Source: Trichinella spiralis (Eukaryota). Taken from it: a stretch of DNA of 64,000 nt. Both the position numbers and the translations under genes were made by a program. This document shows positions 25,428-37,593 of this stretch, piece after piece. Under the pieces are notes generated by a model. That model was given only the letters and a program-made list of their open reading frames with translations. It was not told the DNA's origin and did no database searches. Every line of letters starts with the position of its first letter. Position 1 is the stretch's first letter. Where the stretch lies: NCBI RefSeq assembly GCF_000181795.1, contig NW_003526945.1, forward strand, positions 6,288,394 through 6,352,393, given 5' to 3'.

Positions 25428-28400
25428 GAACACTTAACAGTGCCAAAATGGAAAGCGTCTGCAGAAGTGTTTGAATTGTTGGCTAATTTTTCCAACTGAA
25501 TAGCAATACATTGTTGGTAATGTAGAAAATAGACCTGAATATATATATTTATGCATGTATGTATGGATAATTTATCACACCTGATGACCACTTTTTCAAA
25601 GCAAGATACGAACGACTGGAGATACTATCTGAAATTGCCCCTGTTCATCAGAGTAGGTCTAGCGTGCTAACAATCCAAGCAGTGGCCTTTTTTCAATACG
25701 GTCAACTTATATTCATAAACATAAAGTGAAGAAAATGCTGATTTTGAGAATGGCAATTCTCACGACAGATTAGAAGGCATTGACCAAAAAGATTGCAGTG
25801 ATGAAGAGTAAATGTGTTAAATCAGATTGGCATTCTGGTAAAGGACAATGTTGATGCTAGAAATAGATTGCTATGCAGGGCTAAAACATTGTTACGGAAA
25901 TTAAGTTTAAAGTTTAGCCTTGATGAAATGGAAAGCAAATGTGAATAGCAATGCCATCCTCTGTATATGGACAATGAAACATTTACAAAGCATTAAACTG
26001 CCTAATAAAAATCCCATCTAACAAGCTGTTCATATTTACAATTCATATTGAAAATTGAGTAGAATCAATCGAACAAGGGTGGGCATCCAGCTGAGCAACT
26101 AAATTGCCTGTGGCATTTATCCAAAATATATTTGACAAAAAGTGAAAAAAGCAAAAATAGTAATAAACTGACGAAAACTGCTTTTCATTTTTATAATTTT
26201 AATTTTACTTACGCAAAGAAGGAAAAGTAATTATGAAAAAGGAGCAAGAAAGAAATTTCCTAATTAAAGATATACAATTCACCAGTGAACTTTACATATA
26301 AATGAATTTTTTTTTGAAAAATTTGATGTGATTTATTCAACTTCTGCTTTTAAGCGTCATTTAAGCTCTCTTTCTTAACTGCTACACTATAAAATATAAC
26401 AATATTTTAAAATTACAATAATCTTGTATAGATTTTTGTCTTTTCAGTTTAAATTGAGTGTAAGCAAATCAATGCATTTTCAGTTTTATTTCACTTTCAT
26501 CATAAATTAATGATTCGATCGTGCAATAATTTTTTATAATAAGGTACAATTAGAAAAAGTTTTTTCTTTAAACAGGTGCCAATTTGTAGATATTATTCTT
26601 TTTGCAAAGAATAAACAACACAAAGCAAGTGCCATTTATTTGTAATAAAATCACTACTGCGTAAACCAAAACAAACATTTGCATAGTATGTAAAATAAAA
26701 TATTATTCATCAAAAGTTTAAATTTAGTTTTAGTGCTCAGTTAAAATGTGGATGTTGAATGTTTTACAATTTTTTCAATAGCAGAAAATTATAGTAGAGA
26801 TAGTAAACGTAGATTGTTTCTATTAAACTGAGAAAGCCTCATCTTGTCTTATTACATTTATGAATTCTTTAGCTGGCTAATTTATTTAATATGTTTTGGA
26901 AAGTAGATTCCATTAATATACAATTTTAGCTTGTATTTTCCTTTAAAATAAAAGATGAAAGTTTTAGTTTAATGGAGCAGCAGGCAATATACTGTAATTT
27001 AAAGTAACTACCAATGGCATTTTGTCATATATAGTTGGTAAGAAAATTCAACTGAACAATCATTGTTCAGCAGTTTTATTTTATTTAACAAACTATGGTG
27101 TCATCAGATTTTGCAAATAACTAAACTAATAATAAAAACAAAGAGAAATTTAATGGTTTTTTATTGTTTAAAAAAATTTTTGTTAGATTATACTATGCCG
27201 AAAGTAATAATTGTTAAATTTATCCATTGCTGTGCTATTATTTCTCTTATTTTTTCAAAGCAAATTTTATCAATGTGAAAAAAATGAGAAGACCTACAGT
27301 AGTAAGTAAGTTTAAGTTACTGTTCAAAGTTGTAATTTATTTTGTATTTTTACATTAATTAAAAGTAATTCATATAACTGATTTCCATTTTTGAGGAGCA
27401 TTCAAGTAATAGTTAAATAATGTAATTTTTTAAAAATAAGTTTTAAATTATATTATTATATACATTTTTTTACAGTAATATATGTGAATCCGTATTTGTA
27501 ATTACAGGCAATAGTCACATTTACTGGTACTTTATTATAAATTTGAAATTAATAAAAGATTTTACTGCCTTTTTCTTCATCACAGTTTACGTTTGGCACT
27601 TTTAATTATCAGAAGGAACACTGTAAATGTTGTCAGAATAAATTTTTGTGCATAATTTGGCAAAATAATCGATTTTTTGATGATAAAAAACTGAAAAGAA
27701 GCGGAAAATAATTTTACTGTTGATGTAGATTTAGCATGTAATGAATTTTATTTGACATTTTATTCATATAGTAATGATTATGGCTGAAAATTATGCACGA
27801 ATAATTATCACGTCATCAGCATTTTTCGAACTGCAATCAACATACAACGAGCCAATTATGCCACAGGGAAAATTTTGCATAAAGTTCAAATTGCAATTGC
27901 ATATTTTCAAAATCCTTGCAGTATTACTGCTTGCTTTTCAAAGTGATGTGTTCTTGTTTTTTACTGGTTCTTTTTAAATTATGAAAATGTAAGAATATTT
28001 ATATTTGAATTGGTCATTGTTATTCTTATTATTATGGGCGAAGCAGTAAAGAAGTGTCGCCAATTTTTTATTTCTTCACATTAAAGAGATGGTAAGCAGG
28101 TTTAAATTTACTTGAAAATATATTACTTATTTTTCTATTATTTTACCTTTATTGATTGCACTAATTTGTTCCTTTTCAGAATTTTTATTATTTGTGCTGA
28201 GCATTTAATAGTATTGAATTGACAATTTTCATGATGTTTATTCAGTTTTATTGCTTTGCTGTTCGAAGTAGAATGATAAATAAGAAATTTACTTTTTAAG
28301 AATATCTTCCTGTTAACTTTTAGTGGGATTAGTGAAATTGAAGTTTTTTAATTTGTTGTCTAAAAATGATGCTCACCAAGGAAATCAATAATGATATATG

Positions 28401-31400
28401 GGATTGTGAATGTAATGCTGAACTGTTTTTAAATGAATGATCATGGATATTTTTATGACTTGTAATTGATAATTTGATTTTTATTTGAATTAACGTTTGA
28501 AAAGAACAGTATTTCTAAAGTAAAGCAGAATTCTGAAAATTTTGAATACAAAAACGGAAACTATAGACTTCTGTTTATCAATGCTGAACGATAGTAGTCC
28601 ATCGCACAAAATCGAAATGGTGTCATTCAGTCTTGTTCAGCTGCTTTAATCAAGCAGTCAATTAAAGCTAGCTAACCAAACTCTTTGTTTGACGTTAATA
28701 TATTTGCCGGCAATATCAGAGCCAATTTAGATAATTTTGCCTTGCCTTTAACCAGGATCATTATTCATCAGCAAGTTCAAAAACGTTGCTAATGCATTTC
28801 CACAAAATATTCCTCTACTCATTGATAATGTCCAGTAGGCGTTAAACACATCCCAAATTTAATAGTCATTTGCAAAATTGCGACACTATCCATAGCTTGT
28901 GCGCTTGATTAATGCAGAACTGGCTTCTTTAAGACGCAGTTATTATTCTGTTGGTAAGTTAGGCAACAATGAAAATCAATTGCATCCAAAAACGTTTTGT
29001 ACTTGGATAATCCATTCTTTGGCACAAGCTCGTACAAATTTCATGGAACAACTACCAATTTAATCGATTGCTCTTTTCACATTACTTTTTCCATAGATTT
29101 CCTGTTGACATGTTACTCGTCAATTTTAGCAAATATTACAAACAGCTCTTTGTATTCTTCGAAGTTCACGTATCGGTAAACAAACAATCCCCTGCTATTC
29201 TATTGCAATAGAAACAATTTTCAAGCTACCTTCTGTTCCTGTTCAATATTTCATCAACTGGCTTAGGAATTCATTTTCTATCAAAGTTCTCAATTGTAAC
29301 AAGCAGATTTTATTATATATATTCACTAATTATATATATAACAGATACAGCAACAGTGCAGAATTGACAACTGCATTCTGTAATAATGAAATTTCAAAAA
29401 TAATATGAGAACAGTTGAAATCAGTAAAAATTATTGAAGTATCAGTTTCAAATTAACATTGCTTATGCAAATCAAAGTTAAAATTAGGTTGACCGCATTC
29501 ATTGCATTTAAATGCTCAGCGATTAAATTCAATTTTACTGAATTTGATTAAATGCCCAACTTCGTTATTATTATGCTATAAAATAAGAGGGGCTCAATTT
29601 AAAATCATCTCACGTATGAAAATAATCTGTTTTTTATTTATTTTACAAAGGATACAAATTAATAATAAATCATTGTATAAAATTTTTACAACACTGAAAA
29701 AATTATTAGCTTCAGTTTCTGCATGACATTTTGCTTTAAAATGTTGTTACACAAAATACAGTATAAATAATTATAAAAAGCTTGTTTTTATTTTCTAGAA
29801 AGATAAGATATGATACTACTAAAAGTTATTGAAATATTAATTTAAAGTCGAGAAAAATATTTGATAGAATATGGATAAAATTATGAATTTGCTTAACTTT
29901 TTAATAATAAATAGAATCTGTTTCTTTTTATGCTTAGAAGCACGAGATTAATCTGATTCAGCAATTCAAAATATATAGCATGTCGTGATGCATAAATTAT
30001 TAATTATACCTGTTATTTATAAACTGTAATTCCATTGTAAAAATGAAACATTTTCTCCAATTTACTGCTTGCACGATATAGGGCATAAGTTCACTATAGT
30101 AACAACAAGTTAAAGCAGAAATAAAATCATTAGATATGTATATACCCAGCTTATAGATAGATAAGTGCAACATTTTATTTCAGTAATAAAGTCTATCATT
30201 AAAAATGTTTTCCAATACAACTAGGTTTAGTAAACAGTAGTTCTTATTGTGTTCTTATTCCATCATTTAGTATTTTTCTACATTTGATAATTCCTGGTTT
30301 CAGTCGGATTTTTCAATTCCAAGAACTTTCAGGCTCTTATAACAGCCAGTCATTAGTGTTTAACTTATTTATACCCAGGTTACTATTTTACTAGGTTACT
30401 ATTAAATGGCTATTATTCTTTCACAAAAAGTTATGAATAAACTGATGCAGACATTCAACATTAGTATAATATCATAATTAAAATTAATAGACTTATATAA
30501 TATTTTCAAATAAAAAGCTGTCATTAATTGGCTGTTTATTAAATGATACTTTGTGCAAAACTGTTTTTATGCGTTAAAGTAGAAATGAATATGTACAATT
30601 ACAATAAGGTACCTTAAGTATTGTCATAAGTTATGCTGTTTTATACTTTATTTTAAAAAGTTATAAAGTTTGACATTGTTCCACTAATTGTTCAAATTAA
30701 TCAATCATCCAAATGCTTTTAATTTATCATAATAAAGTTGCTCAGCTTTTACTGATTATGCCTATAAACATTTCAAAATTTTTGTTCCACTATTTACCAT
30801 AAATATGTATATACATATATGTGTGTGTGTTGGTAAATTCATTTGCTAATTTTATGTTAAAAATTATGCTGGAAACTAATAAAATAATAAATAGAATGAA
30901 AAGAATGCTTGTAATGTTTGCAATGTTTATCAGTCATCAGCAAAAATTTGCTTAAGCTAATAAACAGCTATCTGAAATTATTTCAGTCAAAATAACATGT
31001 ACTTTATGGTATTAAAAAATAATATTTTAATGCTAATAATCAATAAGTAAAATTGTTCAGCTTAATTAGACCGTATGAACGGATGATTTTACCCATGAAG
31101 TTTATATAAAAGTACGTATTTACTTATATTATGTATTTGATGACCTGCTAGTGTCGTAGTCAAAGCATTATGCCGCAAAGCAGTTGGCTGCTGAAGCGTC
31201 AAAATTGTTTCCTCTTTTGACAACTATCAGATCAATAATAAAGTGCAGCACACGAACTCCTGATAAGCTAAGAGGTAGAATTAGAGCCTATCAATATCCA
31301 TATGTATTTTGATCGATTGTGGTGTAGAATGAAACTTGTAAAAGTTTTGGTAAATATAAACCAGAAAGGCGTTAGCTTTTACAAATTAGTCATCTGACGC

Positions 31401-31421
31401 CTACCGGTCGACTTACTTTTT

Positions 31422-31430
31422 AGCCAATCA
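31422..31430 (+). promoter_or_regulatory. CCAAT (NF-Y-type) box in the putative promoter of the MOLO-1-like gene
   Basis: AGCCAATCA within a GC-richer patch ~280 nt upstream of ATG 31706. Motif match only. Confidence 0.3.
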
Positions 31431-31705
31431 CAACTGAGAGTGAAAAAGGTAGAAGCGAGTAGAATGCTCAAGCTGATTTCTCTGATCGCTACACTTAATA
31501 AGCACCAATCTGTTGGGTATTTTCAGATGATACATTTATCAAACTGCGGTTGTTAATCATATTCTTTGCTTTCCTAATTTTGAAGCTTACTTTTGAGCTG
31601 AAATTAGAAAATTCATGTGTTAGGTATAGCTTGCATTATATTAAATCACTTATGGACATCGGTCAACGTGCTTACAAATTTGTTTGTTTCTTATTTTCTA
31701 CAAAG

Positions 31706-33374
31706 ATGGCAATTTTTTTTCATTTATCTGTTGTGCTCCCGTTGGGAGTTTGCGAAGCGGTAAAAAAGTACCCTGATTCAACGCAAAGCAGTTCAATTGA
31801 TCCGTGCCTATATCCTTCACCCACTGCTCCACATTTCATGGAACGTTGTCAAGTGACAACAGCAGTAACCCAACAGTTTCTTATCTGTGATCCGGACTCA
31901 ATTATGAGTATATCTGAAAGTAAGCAATCACGCGAATATAATATGCATGTATCGTCGAATTGTTTATTCACGGTGTATTTAACATAAATACTTAGCGGAG
32001 AACTTTGATAACAGAATTATTATTTTCCTTAAGCCGATTATCGGAATGTGTTATGCATTAAGATCTACTTCTGTTTGTTGTCATAATTTGAAAGTTTTTA
32101 AAGTTGTTTCAAAGATGTGAAGACTTCAGAGACGAAAAACTATCTTTAAACTATACTAACAGCGAATAGTGACTCTATATTTGTTTCAAATTAATAAATC
32201 AATTTTCGCTGCATTTGAATGAAGTTCCTGATTTTTCTATTTACCATTAGTCAGCATGCTTTTTTTAAGCTCCGCATTTATAAAATCAGTGAAATTGTTG
32301 TTTATTGAATTTTTTTAGTAATTCAAATGATTCGATGGTTAATTCAAATACAACTGAAAAATATGAAATTATTTAATCAATAATTTTTTAGTTACACTTG
32401 AAGAAATTACCATTTTTTGCCAATGCATTTAGCTTAAAGTATCGAAGAATAATGCTTAAGCTTAACAGTGCTAATGATTGTTATTACTTATTGGATTGCA
32501 CACTGGATATTTGTTAAACAGCCTATTTCTAGACATGTTTTTTTAATAAAAATAAGAATAAAAATAATGTTCTCCAGAATAAACTGTTAAGATGGGCAGT
32601 TTGTTGAACAGTCAACGCTAATTAAAGCCACTTTGAGCGATTGACATTAAAACATCATAAGCTAAATTGAATAAGTGTCAAAATAAGAATAGGTTAGCAT
32701 CATTTTCAAGCTGCTTGTCAGAATAAAGCAATTGCTACTTTTTGCTTTTGAATTGCTTTTAAAATGAAATGTCGGCACATTTTTTTAAATTTTTTGTATG
32801 CAATATGCCTTAGTTTTCACGCTTTTTGAAGAAACACCAACTGCGTTGATGTGTGCTTAATAAAAAGTTGAAATCCACTGCACATGTGTATTATTATTTT
32901 AACTTTAAAAAAACTTTTTTGCTGATGCTTTCCTAATACTGTTTGTTCTATGCTTAAAAAAATGCAAAATCTGCCTGCTTGTATTTAAAAGTTTCTAATC
33001 CTCTAATGTGAGACAATTTACATTTATATAAAGAATTTAGTGCTGTTTATTCTTTTTTTAATTTTTATTATAGAAGGCCTAAATTTATTTGCTATTTTAA
33101 TTTACATGAAGTAGAACTTTCTTAATAGCATGCAGAACTAAAACTTTATACAAATGAAAACACTTCCAATTATTACAGATGACGCAAAATTGCAATCATT
33201 TCCGCGTTCTGTTCACTGAAGAAGCATAGTATTATTATATTACTTTATAAACATGTATATAACAAGTCTTCAGTTTCATCAGTCATCATTGCAATTACAT
33301 TAATGAACTAAAAGAATACATACATACATACATACATACATACATACATACATACATACATACATGCATACGTG

Positions 33375-33436
<62 letters not shown>

Positions 33437-34735
33437 GGGTGTGTGTGTGGGGTGTGTGTGTGTGTGTGCGTTTGTGCAGGATAAGCCATATCCTGTTTTT
33501 TAATTAGTCAGAATTGATTTATGAAATGTTTATGGTTCATTTACTTTATATCAATGACTGATGATACACTCATTTGTACTGTCAAATTAGTAATGAGAAT
33601 AAATGTTATAAGTTCAGTTTTATAAAACTTAAATTATTTCCTCATATGAAAAAATATCAAGTACATAAAAAAGCATTGCATATGAAAAGCTCAGAATTAA
33701 AATTTTATACTAGAGTTAAGAAACATAAACTTATCTAATTGGTAGTATTTGAAAGATGGATTGCAAGGGTAAGGCATATTTGCACTCTGAGCACTTCAGT
33801 TTCATAAGCTTCTGATTTTATGGCGACTTTATTTTTTATTAATAATACATAATTAATTATATTTAAATAATTGTATGTTTTAAATTCAGAAATATTTTAA
33901 ACTCCATCGTTATTATAATTATAAGAATTTGATCTCAACAAATGTCAGTTAAATAAATCAAAAAACACTTAACTGCAAATGCATCACTTAACTTCAAAGA
34001 ATCCGGTAAAGAAGTGTACTTTATATGCTAATGTTATGCTAATCTTATTATTTTTTTAAATATACTGCTCAGTAAACTACAAATGAGAATAATATACTGT
34101 GAAAGTAAACTTTTACTAACATCTGACACGAAAATCTTATACAAAGTGTTAGCATGTTTAGCATCTGAAGTCAAAAATTTTTGAGTTTTCCTGACAATTT
34201 GCAATTTACACTAAACATTTGTTTCCCGGTCCTGTCAACGACGTGTCATTTCATATGAATTTAAATTGAAAGTGAATTTAAATCATTGATTATTTTGAAA
34301 GCAATGACAATATGTAGAAGCTTTCAATGCTGAACACCGTTTTCTATCGTCTGTCTGCAATAAAATTGGTTTGATTGATAAATACATCCTCAGTTCTAAT
34401 GTTTGTCCCAAAGGCCAATATTGATTGCCCAAAGTCGATTTTCCTCAAGACTGCTTCCCAATAAGGCGCTGCAGTTGCCTTATGTAGTCTTACAATTGAA
34501 TATCTGCAGACAACTTTTTTACTTTTTGAAATATAATTTAGCAACTGTTCGTCTAGAATGCAATTAGTTTAGTTCCTCTGATTTATGACTAAAAACCTAA
34601 CACATTGCATGAAAATGCTAATGCAGCAGTTTCTGTAATTATAAAGATTAACAGAAAAATATTTCGGTGTAATCAAGAAAAATTAAATTACTCTATAACA
34701 AATCAAAATTTATAAGAATCCAACCTTTAAAAACA

Positions 34736-34779
<44 letters not shown>

Positions 34780-37593
34780 CTGATACCCTACAAATTAAAT
34801 TTAAAACACGTTAGAATTTCCTAATCAAACATTTATAATAGATGTAATTTTGCCATCGGTAAAATCTGAATATTCTACTAAAAATATTAGCATACTTTTA
34901 CTGTTTATAATAATTTCATAAATCAATAAATTATAGCCGATTTTTTAATATTAATTATTCTATGGAATTATTAATATTGTAGATGAAACATGTTGTACAC
35001 TTTGTAAAATTTACCAAATAGACATAGAATTAAAGCTTGAATTAGACTGCGTTTTTGAAAAAAATAAATGCTCAAATTATACTTTGAGCAACCAAAGGTA
35101 TGAGTCATTCTGCAAATCAAGGTTTCATCAATAACTATGAGATAATGAATCAAATCAACTATTTCAATTAATAAATTTTTACTTTTTGTCATTCTGATTG
35201 AAAACTACAATTTCAGATGGAAATAATACTTTATTTCAAATGCAGAAAAGGAAATCTTTTTACAAGTGATCAGATTGCTAATTTTTTCTGCTGCACACAT
35301 GCTGCGCACGAAATTATTACTGCTCAGTTCATATATGTATAAACTTACATGCTGTGCTATCACATGCAGCAAAAGCGTAACATGACTCTTTTCACAATCC
35401 TTGCTATTACTTTTTGTTTTTTATTTATTTTATAACTTAGTAACGTTAATGTAATTCCATTCAGTTGATGTAGTTTTAATATTTGCCATGCTTCACACTT
35501 GAAAGCAAGCTCTGGGGGTTGATGAGTTTGATTTTTGCAAATTTTTCAAAGTATAAAGCATTTTGAAATGCTCTATAATGTATATATGAATAATGTACAT
35601 TGACAACGTTGATAAATTTGGGCACTTTGCATGCATACAAAATGTACTTTTGCAAATGTTTAGCATATTATGCATTTTAATATATATGCTAATAAATCAA
35701 TGCAAATTTACCTGGAAAAATATATGATGCAGTATATGAATTATTTAAATTTGAACAGATCATTTGCAACGAATGTCTCAGAAATGAATTTTAGTTGTAG
35801 ATAATTTTAATTTCAAATAATTAATTTAAATTCAAAAGCATGGCAAGCAGTGCTATTCTGTTCAAAGTCAAGAAATATGCCATTGTTTAGCCCAATAAAT
35901 TACCACTGAAGCTGAATTAAAAATATTTTATTGATTCTTGATTGACTGATCATTTTGCATTAATAGAATTTGCAATCTTACATATCTTACGTAATCTTAC
36001 TTAAGATTTGTCATTCATATGTGACCATTTTTTTCAATTTTTACAGTTGAAGAAGTAGTAAAACAGCTGAAACGTCTTGATTTACATTATGGTAATCACT
36101 GCTTATGCGACTCAGGTCAATCGCAACACTGCTGGTACCAAATTGGTTTTGCATTTGTGGAGCAATTCCATTTTATTCTTTCATTACTGGAAAACACATA
36201 TGAGTTGAGTGTCATATGAATTTTTGAAAATTTTCGTAAAGTAATACATTTTTCAGACCTGCTTCATATTGTAACACTAGTGATCGAAATGCATTATCAT
36301 CTGGTATTGGCGTCAACAAATGGTCCAGGCAAATGATCCAATTATACGGCGGACGATTTGCCGAGATTATTAGAAGGCAATGGAATTTTGGGCGCTGTGG
36401 CGAAGATATTCTTATACTTATCGTGAAAAATCGCCCTCAGATGGCAAGTTTTTCAGCTTAGAACATTCCTGAATTAAGCTTTTTTTTTAGAGCCCACATG
36501 TCAGCGCTTCAAACCCAACTTCAGTCAGTATTTCAAAAGCTGAATGCCAGATTTTTGCTATCAGTTAATTATATCTGTTGAATTTCGCTTTTTAGATGAT
36601 CTTTCTCAGTAAAGGAATAGCGGTTAGTGAAAGAACAAATCACATGATCACTCATGGTATACGCTCCTTAGATTTTGTAATTGATAAATACAACGAACGT
36701 TTGGAAGAAGGATTTTCACTAAAGCTGGCAAGTGACTGAAGTCATTTTATTGAAGTTTGGCAAAAATTTATTTATATAATATGATACAGATGGAAAAAAT
36801 ATTAATTGATGCTTGGTGCTAATTGGCAAAAGTGCATCATATTTTCAGAAACAATGAAAAACGTTAAGCAGTGCAATATTATAATGGGCCAAATGCGTGC
36901 TATCTGTTATTAATTACACAATAAATGTTTTATATGATATTAAAATTTGCTAATTAAGCATATCCATAGTATAAATAAGCTTTTAAAATATAATATCTTT
37001 TAAGAAATCAGCGTCACTATTTGCATTTGCTTTTCACATTTTTATTTTTCAATGCGACTTATTTTTTTCATATTTTTAGCAAAATTTCAGTGTTCGGATT
37101 TTTTTTAGATATTTGAACAGTTGTTAAAAGATCTCAGCACAGTGCTTTTACTTGCCGATCAGACTTTTTACATGCCTCGCAACCGCAGTCACATTCCAAC
37201 GTGGGCAATTGCTGCCTTCGGCGCTTGCGCTGGTTTGCTCATCATCATGGCTCTAGGGTAATTGTTACTGTTAAATACGACAGCGCCGGCATGTTTACTT
37301 TTTCAAAACTAACAGGCTAATATTGGTTCGCCGACGTGAACGTGGAGCCTTCAAGAGAGGCCAGAGCAAGGATAAATCAGACCGAAGATGGAAAGCAGGC
37401 TTTGTTGGTGGTATGTACAAAGTTCCACAGAGGCAGAGTGTTGGGGATTTCAGGGGAAGCGGATCAGGTGATCAGGCATATACTCAAAGAATGAATAATT
37501 ATTTTACTTGATCATCATGTTTTAGCAGACTATATCTACTCACATAATGTCAAGAGTACATCAGAAAGACGCAAAACCTTAGCGCAGGCCTAG
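31706..37593 (+). CDS. molo-1: MOLO-1 family (modulator of levamisole receptor) TPM-domain single-pass membrane protein
   Basis: Signal peptide [93 protein letters not shown]; basic tail. Approximate exons 31706-31919, 36047-36203, 36258-36443, 36491-36523, 36596-36727, 37109-37257, 37316-37410/37467, 37526-37593. Orthology versus paralogy to molo-1 is unresolved. Confidence 0.68.
33316..33470. repeat. Compound microsatellite (ATAC)n-(TA)n-(TG)n
   Basis: Directly visible; in intron 1 of the MOLO-1-like gene. Confidence 0.97.
34736..34779. repeat. Compound microsatellite (AC)n-(AT)n
   Basis: Directly visible. Confidence 0.95.

Noticed and set aside
33295..33489. 64-aa ORF with HT/YI/VCMY repeats
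   Set aside because: Translation of the compound microsatellite.
34344..34544. 66-aa minus-strand ORF in intron 1 of the MOLO-1-like gene, as a nested gene
   Set aside because: Non-ATG start, no recognisable domain and no partner exons.
37191..37198. miR-1 8-mer seed match ACATTCCA in the MOLO-1-like gene
   Set aside because: It lies in coding sequence (H-I-P codons); a single 8-mer is expected by chance.
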